NCBI GenBank assembly: GCA_045128735.1 | Contig: JBGVRT010000017.1 | Span: 7,998-71,997, forward strand | Source of the DNA: Eubacteriales bacterium | GTDB lineage: Bacteria; Bacillota; Clostridia; Oscillospirales; CAG-272 | DNA: 64,000 nt | Direction: 5' to 3' | In this document: in pieces, positions 57,151 through 64,000 of the stretch | Position numbering within the stretch: the first letter of the stretch is position 1 | Layout: each line of letters starts with the position of its first letter | Translations under genes and position numbers: made by a program | Notes under the pieces: model-generated | Database searches by the model: none | The model's input: only the letters and a program-made list of their open reading frames with translations | What the model was told of the DNA's origin: nothing

Positions 57151-57293
57151 GCCGACGGTTCAATATGTAATCTCGTGTCAAAAAGCAGGCGACAGGACTT
57201 GGGAACCTGACTTGCGGGTAGTTCAGCGGTTACGGAGCTACCGGTTTACGCAAGTCTTTCGTCTCCTGCGGAGCCGACGGTTCAATATATAAT
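57151..57293. repeat. 21-nt direct repeats flanking a 101-nt stem-loop-forming segment
   Basis: gccgacggttcaatatGtaat (57151-57171) and gccgacggttcaatatAtaat (57273-57293). Between them gacttgcg...cgcaagtc and ggtag...ctacc can pair. Confidence 0.7.
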
Positions 57294-57451
57294 TACCATA
57301 GCAATAAGAAGCGGAGGCCCTTTGTGCCTCCGCGTCTTATTGGTACGAGTGTTCATAACGAAACTACTCAAAATACTGTGCTTTACGGCATTCAAAACAT
57401 ATTCTAATCGTGCCTTGCCTATATAAAAGAGATAATGAAAGGAATATGATT

Positions 57452-57823
57452 ATGGAAAAGTACATCACTAAAAACGGCATCAAATACGAGCTTCGCGGCG
57501 AACAATACTATCCGATGCTTGAAATCTCCGAGAAAACTAACTACGAAATCGGCAAACACGGATGCCTACATCTTGACTTCATCAAGAAGCACCGTAGAGG
57601 CACGTATACCACTTTACTGACCGAAGGACGATTGAACGAACACCTACACAATATCGACGAGCAGGCACACGAACAGATCGACTTGCATATCGCACAGATG
57701 GCAAAGCGAATGGGTGTAACAGAAACCCTCAAAGCTTCTGATCCAATGCGTTGGGTACAGATGATGAATAGCATCAAGGTGAGCGCAGAAGAAATCGTTT
57801 TGCGGGAGGTGATCTACGTATGA
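57452..57823 (+). CDS. TnpV-like transposon-associated protein
   Basis: MEKYITKNGIKYELRGEQYYP...GKHG..HLDFIKKHRRGTYTTLLTEGRLNEHL resembles TnpV of clostridial mobilisable transposons, recalled from memory. The start could instead be 57446. Confidence 0.55.
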   Translation: MEKYITKNGIKYELRGEQYYPMLEISEKTNYEIGKHGCLHLDFIKKHRRGTYTTLLTEGRLNEHLHNIDEQAHEQIDLHIAQMAKRMGVTETLKASDPMRWVQMMNSIKVSAEEIVLREVIYV

Positions 57824-58101
57824 GGTCAATCCTACAAGAACTATGGCACGGAAACATATGCCCTCAAACCGATAGTCGTAGCAACTCTCCCGAAATGAAG
57901 CAGCTTATGGAATATATGGCGCGACATCACGATGACCTACTCAAAACAATGACCGACGAACAAAAGGAAATCTTTGAGAAGTTCGACGATTGTTGGAGCG
58001 AATACGCGAGCTGTGCCGAGGAAGCCATCTTTACATACGCTTTCAAATTAGGCGCACAACTGATGCTTGAAACGCAGTTACAACTCAACAAAGAGGGGTA
58101 A
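57820..58101 (+). CDS. small conserved hypothetical protein of clostridial mobile elements
   Basis: 93 aa, ATGA overlap with the upstream gene, LWHGNICPQ N-terminus. Confidence 0.5.
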   Translation: MRSILQELWHGNICPQTDSRSNSPEMKQLMEYMARHHDDLLKTMTDEQKEIFEKFDDCWSEYASCAEEAIFTYAFKLGAQLMLETQLQLNKEG

Positions 58102-58106
58102 CTGCA

Positions 58107-58460
58107 ATGCAAAAATCAACTTTTCTTATATCAGTTGGTCGGCGTATTGCGAAAGCTCGCAGGGATAGAGGATATAGCCAAGCGGTGTTAGCTGAAAAAG
58201 CCAATATTTCAATCAGTCATTTAAGCAATATCGAACGTGGGTGTAAAAGCTTAAGCGCAGAAGTGTTGCTAAAAATTGCCGAAGCTTTGCAAGTATCCGC
58301 GGATATCATATTGTTCACCGATATTCCGGGAGTGCATAAAGAAGTGGGACGAGAAATAGGCATCAACCTCAATAATTGTACTGTAAGGGAGAAAGAATTT
58401 ATTCTAAAACTCATCAAGAATATAGGTGCATTTATTACTGAGATCAAGACGGAATTTTAA
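58107..58460 (+). CDS. XRE-family helix-turn-helix transcriptional regulator
   Basis: HTH_3 pattern RRDRGYSQAVLAEKANISISHLSNIERG. Confidence 0.85.
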   Translation: MQKSTFLISVGRRIAKARRDRGYSQAVLAEKANISISHLSNIERGCKSLSAEVLLKIAEALQVSADIILFTDIPGVHKEVGREIGINLNNCTVREKEFILKLIKNIGAFITEIKTEF

Positions 58461-58470
58461 TACCTCAAAG

Positions 58471-58510
58471 GAGATACGAGTCAAGCTTTGATTCGTATCT
58501 CTGTTTTTTT
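58471..58510 (+). terminator. intrinsic terminator after the XRE gene
   Basis: gagatacga-N13-tcgtatctc followed by TGTTTTTTT. Confidence 0.8.
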
Positions 58511-58520
58511 GTAGTTAACA

Positions 58521-58553
58521 TAATCCATAGGCTATATTATAGTCTACGGATTA
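58521..58553. promoter_or_regulatory. 33-bp imperfect palindrome (candidate operator) upstream of the recombinase gene
   Basis: In taatccataggctatattatagtctacggatta, 14 of 16 positions are symmetric. It overlaps a possible TTAACA-17-TATAGT promoter. Confidence 0.4.
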
Positions 58554-58649
58554 TTTTCATCTTGGCTGATATTTGTTACAATAATAGCAACCATAAATAT
58601 ATTCATCTGTTCGTGATAAAATATTAGATAGCAAGGAGGATGATATACT

Positions 58650-59489
58650 ATGAGAAAAATAACAACTGAAATAATGAAATCATTCAATGACTATCTGATT
58701 AACGAGGAAAAAGCGGCAGCAACCGTCAACAAGTATCTTCACGACGTAGGTGAGTTTCAAATTTGGCTTGGCGATCAAGAACTATGCAAAACGGTGGTTC
58801 TTGCTTATAAGTCATACCTTTGTGAGCGTTACGCCCCTGCCAGTGTGAATGCTGCGCTCTCATCGCTCAATAGCTTTTTCAATTTTGTGGAATGGTATGA
58901 CTTGAGGGTAAAGAATCTCAAAATTCAAAAGCAGATCTTTGCATCCACTGACAAGGAGTTGATAAAGGCTGAATATGACCGCCTTTTGCAAGCTGCGAAG
59001 CAGAAGAAAAACGAGCGTCTTTATCTCTTGATGCAGACAATCTGCTCCACGGGTATTCGTGTGTCCGAGGTACGCTATGTTACCGTAGAGGCAGTATCGC
59101 GCGGCGTTGCGGAGATCAACTGCAAGGGCAAGCGCAGACAGGTATTCTTGCCCAAGCAGCTTTGTCAAATTTTGAAGCAGTATATCAAAGAGCAGAAAAT
59201 AAAAAGCGGAGCCGTGTTCATAACGAAAAATGGCAATCCGCTCGATAGATCAAATATTTGGAGTGATATGAAGAAGCTATGTAAGGCGGCGAACGTGTCG
59301 GAGAAGAAGGTCTTTCCGCACAACCTCCGTCATCTTTTTGCACGCACTTATTACAGTTTGCAAAAGGACATTGTGCGCTTGGCTGACATCCTCGGACACA
59401 GTAGCGTGAACACGACGAGAATTTACACGATGGAAACAGGCGAGATACACCGCAGACAGATTCAAAAATTAGGGCTTTTGCGATGCTAA
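58650..59489 (+). CDS. tyrosine-type site-specific recombinase (XerC/D-size, 279 aa)
   Basis: SAM-like N-domain and catalytic R (TGIRVSE), H-x-x-R (HNLRHLF), H (GHSSV) and Y (RIYT). AGGAGG SD. Confidence 0.9.
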   Translation: MRKITTEIMKSFNDYLINEEKAAATVNKYLHDVGEFQIWLGDQELCKTVVLAYKSYLCERYAPASVNAALSSLNSFFNFVEWYDLRVKNLKIQKQIFASTDKELIKAEYDRLLQAAKQKKNERLYLLMQTICSTGIRVSEVRYVTVEAVSRGVAEINCKGKRRQVFLPKQLCQILKQYIKEQKIKSGAVFITKNGNPLDRSNIWSDMKKLCKAANVSEKKVFPHNLRHLFARTYYSLQKDIVRLADILGHSSVNTTRIYTMETGEIHRRQIQKLGLLRC

Positions 59490-59506
59490 AACGAACAAAA
59501 AGAAAG

Positions 59507-59532
59507 CACCACATAATTCTTATTATGTGGTG
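59507..59532. repeat. left lox/dif-like recombination-site candidate (IR-L)
   Basis: caccacataattcttattatgtggtg has 10-11-bp palindromic arms around an asymmetric centre ttctta. It is the exact reverse complement of 59727-59752. Confidence 0.75.
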
Positions 59533-59556
59533 GATTTTTGGTTATTACATAAAAAC

Positions 59557-59612
59557 AAGGCGTCCACAAAAGAACGCCTTTTAGACCAATGAAAAAACTC
59601 ATTTCATTGGTC
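59557..59612. terminator. two hairpin terminators inside the IR-bounded segment
   Basis: aaggcgt-N10-acgcctt has T-runs on both strands. gaccaatgaaa-N7-tttcattggtc is followed by ACTTTTG. Confidence 0.6.
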
Positions 59613-59664
59613 ACTTTTGCTATGCCTAATTTTGTAAATTTTCATCGCCTTAATGATGAAAATA

Positions 59665-59693
59665 CTATGCATAATTGACATATGGTTTTATTT
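59665..59693 (+). promoter_or_regulatory. near-consensus sigma-A promoter inside the IR-bounded segment, facing the vWA operon
   Basis: TTGACA (59665-59670), 17 nt spacer, TGaTATAAT (59685-59693). Confidence 0.8.
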
Positions 59694-59726
59694 ATGATAT
59701 AATTTAATGTGGTAAGTTTTATCTTA

Positions 59727-59752
59727 CACCACATAATAAGAATTATGTGGTG
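59727..59752. repeat. right lox/dif-like recombination-site candidate (IR-R)
   Basis: caccacataataagaattatgtggtg has the same arms as IR-L, with centre taagaa = the reverse complement of ttctta. Confidence 0.75.
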
Positions 59753-59784
59753 TGAATACATCAACAAAAAAGGAGATAACAGTG

Positions 59785-60495
59785 ATGTCGCAAATGGATT
59801 TCAACAACAATTTCTTCAACGATGATATTCCCCCTATCGTAAATGCCAGTGAGCCTCACATGGCTTGTTTGTTTTTGCTCGACACATCCGGCTCAATGGG
59901 CTTTAAAGCAACCGATGGTGTTGTTCCAATTGATGCACTAAACGATGCGATGAACAGATTTAAGGCGCAGGTGTGCCAAGACGACAAAACATCCGATATC
60001 TTGGATGTTGCTATCGTAGAGTTCAACAACAGCATTAACGTTATTCAAGACTTCTCGCCCGTTGAATATATGCAGCAGGTAAATCTTGCCGCACGCGGAG
60101 GTACGTATATGGCTCCCGCCATCGAGAAGGCAATTGAAATGGTTGATGAGCGCTCTCGTTTCTACAGAAGAATGGGAACAGAACCCTACAAGCCCTGGAT
60201 CGTTATGATTAGTGACGGCGCACCGTTGGATAATATCAGTGATGTTTCAGCAAAGCTCACTTTGCTTTCTCAGTCGAATAAGCTTGCATTTTGGTCTTTG
60301 AGCCTTCCCGGTGCTGATAATAAGGTTTTGCACGAATTGTCCGGTGCAAGAGTTTTGAATCTTATCGAATATAATTTTGCAGGCTTCTTTGATTGGGTAA
60401 ATAAGAGTATGAGAGCAGTATCCGAGAGTTCTCCTGGAGAAAAGGTTATGCTTCCTCCCGCAAATGAAGCAATTACTCTCGACCAGTTAGGATAA
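59785..60495 (+). CDS. von Willebrand factor A (vWA) domain protein, TerY-like
   Basis: Start at MSQMDF with AGGAG SD 9 nt upstream. MIDAS motif LFLLDTSGSMG, later T and D residues (GGTYMAPA, MISDG). Confidence 0.85.
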   Translation: MSQMDFNNNFFNDDIPPIVNASEPHMACLFLLDTSGSMGFKATDGVVPIDALNDAMNRFKAQVCQDDKTSDILDVAIVEFNNSINVIQDFSPVEYMQQVNLAARGGTYMAPAIEKAIEMVDERSRFYRRMGTEPYKPWIVMISDGAPLDNISDVSAKLTLLSQSNKLAFWSLSLPGADNKVLHELSGARVLNLIEYNFAGFFDWVNKSMRAVSESSPGEKVMLPPANEAITLDQLG

Positions 60496-60502
60496 TAGAA
60501 CC

Positions 60503-61636
60503 ATGATGTATTCATACGGAACAACACAGCAAGGTCCATATCACGTTCAAAAGAATATTGTCTGTCAAGATTTTCATTACATAAGAAAGGTATCCGAGGA
60601 TTGCGTGATTGCCGCCGTTGCCGATGGTTTGGGAAGTGAATCTCATTCCGACGTGGCTTCGAAAATTGCGGCAACCGAATCCGTTGAATATTGCGTTGCC
60701 AATCTTTCGCCTGAATTGACCGAAGAAAATGTTTTGCAAGTGATTTCGGATTCCTTTATGCACGCATTGCAAAAGATTACGGACGAAGTTGCAAAAGAAA
60801 ATGGCGATATCAATCAATATGATACCACTTTGTGTCTTGCTATTTATAAAGGAAGCACTGTATATTTTGGTCAATCGGGTGACAGCGGCGCTATCATTTT
60901 GTGTAAAGACGGACATTACGAGGGCATAACCAAACAGCAACGCGACGAAAACGGTTGCGTTTTTCCGCTTGCTTTTGGCAAAGAAAAATGGGAGTTTGGA
61001 TCAAAATCCGATGTGGCGAGTTTATTGCTTGCGACCGACGGAATGCTTGAAATTTTCTTTCCCGTACTCTTGCACTCGGAAAAAGTAAATATTTACGTTG
61101 CATTGGCTCAATTCTTTATGGATAATCTCTCCTTAAAGTTTGACGAAACCGGAGAGCAAGCCGTTGGGGAGAAAATGACCGCTTTTGTTCAAAATATCCC
61201 CGAAAAGCAGGTCAATGATGACAAAACGGTACTTGTTATTGTAAACGGTTCGATCAAACCAGAGCGTTTGGAGGATTCCTATTATCAAGTTCCAAATTGG
61301 TTAGAGCTTCAAAAGAAACGCCAAGAGGAATTTAATCGCCTTGCATATCCACATTTGTATGCGAAAGAAAAGGTAGAGGAAGCTAAAACAACTGAAACTG
61401 CTACATCTGAAGTAACCGAACAATCAGACGAAGCAAACAACACTTCTGAGGAAATCGCAAAATCCGAAGAAGCCAAAAACGAGAAAAAGGATGACGGTGT
61501 GGATACAGTCACTTCTTCCGATACCGAAACAATCGAAAAAAAGGTAGAGGAGAAAAAAGAACCCTCGGGAGAAAAATCACCAAAGATCCTTCAGCAGATC
61601 ACCTCTATTTTCAAACCTAAAGCAAAGAAGGAATAA
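60503..61636 (+). CDS. PP2C-family Ser/Thr protein phosphatase with acidic low-complexity C-terminal tail
   Basis: QD.... ... AVADGLGS and LLLATDGM motifs. The last ~110 aa are E/K/T/S-rich. Confidence 0.8.
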   Translation: MMYSYGTTQQGPYHVQKNIVCQDFHYIRKVSEDCVIAAVADGLGSESHSDVASKIAATESVEYCVANLSPELTEENVLQVISDSFMHALQKITDEVAKENGDINQYDTTLCLAIYKGSTVYFGQSGDSGAIILCKDGHYEGITKQQRDENGCVFPLAFGKEKWEFGSKSDVASLLLATDGMLEIFFPVLLHSEKVNIYVALAQFFMDNLSLKFDETGEQAVGEKMTAFVQNIPEKQVNDDKTVLVIVNGSIKPERLEDSYYQVPNWLELQKKRQEEFNRLAYPHLYAKEKVEEAKTTETATSEVTEQSDEANNTSEEIAKSEEAKNEKKDDGVDTVTSSDTETIEKKVEEKKEPSGEKSPKILQQITSIFKPKAKKE

Positions 61637-61641
61637 TTGCT

Positions 61642-64000
61642 ATGACCTACTATGGTGCTAACAGAAAAACGTACATATTAGACGACATACCGATAAAAAA
61701 AGGTGGAGAGGGTGCAATTCACACGGTGTCGGGCAAGTCAAATCTGCTTGCTAAAATTTATCTTGCGCCCGCAAAATCTCCCGAACTGAAAGAAAAGATT
61801 TCTTTGATGGTGAAGAACCCTCCCCGTCAAGATATTCTCGACCAGATTGCGTGGCCGATTGATATCCTTTCCGACGCGGGCGGAAACTTCGTCGGTTTCG
61901 TTATGCCCAAGCTGTCGATTGATGTGGAGCTTGGTGACGTATATAAATACCCTGCCAAGAAGAAGGTTACACTTACCGGCGAGCAGAAAGTTATCATAGC
62001 AATCAATATCTGTCGCGTTATTTCCGCAATTCACGATTTGGATTATGTATTCGGTGATTTTAACCCTTGTAATATCGGTGTTAATTTGACTAACGGACAC
62101 GTTGCGTTCCTCGATACCGACTCTTATCATATTACTGACAAAGCAAAAGGTAAAACCTATCGTTGCAACGTGTGCTTGAACGGATATGTTGCGCCTGAGC
62201 TTATTAAGAAGTGTAAGAACGCGGGATATGCGCAAGCTCCGCTTCCGACGTTCACCAAGGAAACCGACTTGTTCTCGCTTGCCATTCATATTTTCAAGCT
62301 TTTGATGAATGGTTTCACACCATACAATGGTATTCCCGAGGGAGAACGTTCTTCGACTGCATCTCCCGGTGTTGGTAATGCCGCAATTGAAATGGATCAC
62401 TATTGCTTCAAATCGGGCAATAGACCTTTGAGCGTTGCCGTTTTGCCATTGCAGTCGTTCCCGAGTGATATTCAGACGCTATTTACAAGGGCTTTTGATG
62501 AAGGACATAAGAATCCAAGCAAACGTCCGAGTGCTAAGGAATGGGATGCAGCATTGACTAAATATCATTCTTATTTGAAGCAATGCAACGCAAATCCTAA
62601 ACATCACTATTATTGTGAATTGTCGAGTTGCCCTTACTGCGAAGCCGATCAGCGATATACCTTCACAATGAGCATGAATTCGGTATATGGTACGTCCTCT
62701 GGCTCACCCTCTTCGAGTCAGATGAGTTTTTCGCAACCGATGACACCTCCGCCCCCCGCTTCTTCCTCTAAAAGCAATATACCTTCCTCGTATTCGGGAA
62801 GCGGACAATATTCGGGTTCTGTTTTGTCGGGTGGAAATTCGTCTGCCAATGTTTCGCAAAGAAACACGAATGGCTTTTCTAAAAAGATGAAGAAAGGAAT
62901 AATCGGGGCAATTATCGCTGCGATTCTTTTCAGTCTTCTGTTTGCTTTCGTCATTTGGCCTAATGCGATATATCCTAACTTAACAACCGATGACCTGTAT
63001 ACGCCTCAAATTGTTCGAGTTTATAGTGGAACATACTCGGCCGATTCGATGAGCGGACAAGCGACTATAACTATTTCTTCATGTGATAAATACGGAAACA
63101 TATCAGGATTTTTTGAATTTGTTTCCAATAATCAATATGGTAAATATGCAATAGAAGGTAAAATCATTCAAAAGAAGAACAACGGTGACGTAGTTCTTTC
63201 TGTTGAAGCGGGTGATTGGATCACACATCCTGAAGATTTTATACCATTGAGTACAATGAATATAGAGATTTACGATCAATATCAATCATTTGAATGTAGT
63301 CAGTATAAAATTGATTGGAGTGATGATAAATATGGGATGCCCGTGCTGTTATCTGCCGCAGAAGATCTGAAGCAATTGGAAGGATCTTCCGACACGTTTA
63401 TTTTAACAAACGATATAGTTCTTTCAAGTCAAGATAATTGGGAGACGATAAAGTCCTTCTCAGGAAAACTTTATGGTAATGGTCATTCCATAAAAAACTT
63501 AACTGTAAAAAAGCACTTGACATCAGACAATAATACTTGCGCCTTTATTAGCACGCTGAAAACAGGTGCGCTGATTAGTGATCTTGATTTTGAAGATATC
63601 AATATTTCTGTTACCGGCGGAGATGGATTTTTACTTGGAGGAATCGTAGAAACCTCTTACGGCACAATTGTGAATTGTACTATAAAAAGTGGTTCTATAT
63701 CGGTTGAGAATTCCTATGTCGGTTCAATTTGTGGATCTTTGGGCGGGACGGAAGAAGGGGTTGCTACGATCCGAAATTGCGCAAATTATGCTGAAATCAA
63801 AAGCAAAACACTCAACGGTACTGCTTCCACTGGTGGCCTTGTAGGTTATTTGAATTTGGGAACCATTATTGACAGCAAAAACTACGGAATCATCAGTGGA
63901 ATTGATAACGTAGGGGGAATTGTAGGTGCTGGTCAGTATAGAAATTCAAGTATTGTAAATTCGGAAAATCACGGCATTGTTCTTGGCACCACTAATATCG
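61642..64000 (+). CDS. Ser/Thr protein kinase - zinc ribbon - TM - extracellular GLUG-repeat protein (5' part; continues beyond the window)
   Basis: I translated 786 codons by hand with no stop. Kinase motifs are G-loop KKGGEGAIH, LAKIY, catalytic IHDLDYVFGDFNPCNI, FLDTDS and YVAPE. It then has CNANPKHHYYCELSSCPYC, an S/P-rich linker, the TM segment IIGAIIAAILFSLLFAFVIW, and GGIVE...NC / TGGLVGY / VGGIVGAG repeats. It is not in the ORF track because no stop lies within the window. Confidence 0.85.
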   Translation, partial: MTYYGANRKTYILDDIPIKKGGEGAIHTVSGKSNLLAKIYLAPAKSPELKEKISLMVKNPPRQDILDQIAWPIDILSDAGGNFVGFVMPKLSIDVELGDVYKYPAKKKVTLTGEQKVIIAINICRVISAIHDLDYVFGDFNPCNIGVNLTNGHVAFLDTDSYHITDKAKGKTYRCNVCLNGYVAPELIKKCKNAGYAQAPLPTFTKETDLFSLAIHIFKLLMNGFTPYNGIPEGERSSTASPGVGNAAIEMDHYCFKSGNRPLSVAVLPLQSFPSDIQTLFTRAFDEGHKNPSKRPSAKEWDAALTKYHSYLKQCNANPKHHYYCELSSCPYCEADQRYTFTMSMNSVYGTSSGSPSSSQMSFSQPMTPPPPASSSKSNIPSSYSGSGQYSGSVLSGGNSSANVSQRNTNGFSKKMKKGIIGAIIAAILFSLLFAFVIWPNAIYPNLTTDDLYTPQIVRVYSGTYSADSMSGQATITISSCDKYGNISGFFEFVSNNQYGKYAIEGKIIQKKNNGDVVLSVEAGDWITHPEDFIPLSTMNIEIYDQYQSFECSQYKIDWSDDKYGMPVLLSAAEDLKQLEGSSDTFILTNDIVLSSQDNWETIKSFSGKLYGNGHSIKNLTVKKHLTSDNNTCAFISTLKTGALISDLDFEDINISVTGGDGFLLGGIVETSYGTIVNCTIKSGSISVENSYVGSICGSLGGTEEGVATIRNCANYAEIKSKTLNGTASTGGLVGYLNLGTIIDSKNYGIISGIDNVGGIVGAGQYRNSSIVNSENHGIVLGTTNI

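Larger units (their letters stand above)
57300..64000. mobile_element. left part of a putative integrated accessory/mobile island (right end outside the window)
   Basis: TnpV-like, XRE and tyrosine recombinase genes. Composition is AT-richer by eye, TTA/TCA/CTA codons are used here, and the long in-register antisense ORFs typical of the core region are absent. Confidence 0.55.

Noticed and set aside
57151-57293. Possible mini-CRISPR array or tRNA gene
   Set aside because: There are only two 21-nt repeats with a 101-nt spacer and no cas genes, which does not look like CRISPR. D-arm-like and T-loop-like strings are present, but I could not fold an acceptor stem or anticodon arm. I report it as an unexplained repeat instead.
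59507-59532. IR-L interpreted simply as the recombinase gene terminator
   Set aside because: This is not fully rejected, since the hairpin is followed by GATTTTT and may also terminate. However, an AT-rich terminator would not be expected to recur as an exact 26-bp reverse complement 194 bp away, bracketing a consensus promoter. The recombination-site interpretation is therefore preferred and is reported as a finding with this caveat.
61738-62400. 220-aa minus-strand ORF, the only track ORF covering the kinase region (also 62718-62954 and 63103-63285)
   Set aside because: The + strand frame carries a complete ordered set of protein kinase motifs and remains open for 786 codons. The minus-strand products show no motifs and no start context.
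1-64000. rRNA, tRNA, tmRNA, CRISPR arrays and complete IS elements
   Set aside because: I read all intergenic gaps longer than 100 bp on both strands and recognised none of these. Without tRNAscan or Infernal, small RNAs cannot be excluded.

Overview
This 64-kb window looks like a Firmicutes/Clostridia-type chromosome. I infer that from gene content, a T-box leader, Shine-Dalgarno sites and many near-consensus TTGACA-17-TATAAT promoters. No database search, HMM or folding program was run, so every family call rests on motifs read by eye. Positions 1 to about 57.1 kb are core genes, mostly on the minus strand. They include thrS with a Thr T-box, a methylglyoxal-synthase-like gene, and an orphan tyrosine-kinase module (CpsB/CpsC/CpsD-like) with a small winged-helix protein. 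They also include pgeF, serA-serC, a divergent ThyX-like gene, a polysaccharide deacetylase, CapA, and an ECF sigma/anti-sigma pair followed by MBOAT and AlgJ/DHHW-like genes. Further along are a HAD hydrolase, rluD-lspA, ileS, the ylmH-yggT-sepF-yggS division-cluster tail, miaA, a DUF4160/DUF2442 pair, queA, dapA, MFS transporters, an acyl-CoA ligase and a NUDIX-MFS-GDPD operon. The remaining core genes are a LiaF-like/DUF4097/FAD-oxidoreductase/ECF-S operon, a heterodimeric ABC exporter behind a complex leader, and a glycan-utilisation block (GH2, GPH symporter, AraC, two large paralogous secreted hydrolases). A mosaic intergenic repeat family occurs at three loci next to the glycoside hydrolase genes. 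The last ~6.7 kb (about 57.3-64.0 kb) is visibly AT-richer and uses TTA/TCA/CTA codons that the core genes avoid. It looks like the left part of an accessory island carrying TnpV-like, a small conserved protein, an XRE regulator and a tyrosine recombinase. Next comes a 246-bp segment bounded by two perfect 26-bp lox/dif-like sites in inverted orientation. That segment holds a consensus promoter aimed at a vWA - PP2C phosphatase - Ser/Thr kinase operon resembling the TerY-P triad. The kinase ORF (61642 to beyond 64000, + strand) runs off the window and is missing from the supplied ORF track. My best candidate for a novel system is this recombinase-linked, apparently invertible promoter switch driving a TerY-P-like triad whose kinase is membrane-anchored and carries GLUG-type extracellular repeats.
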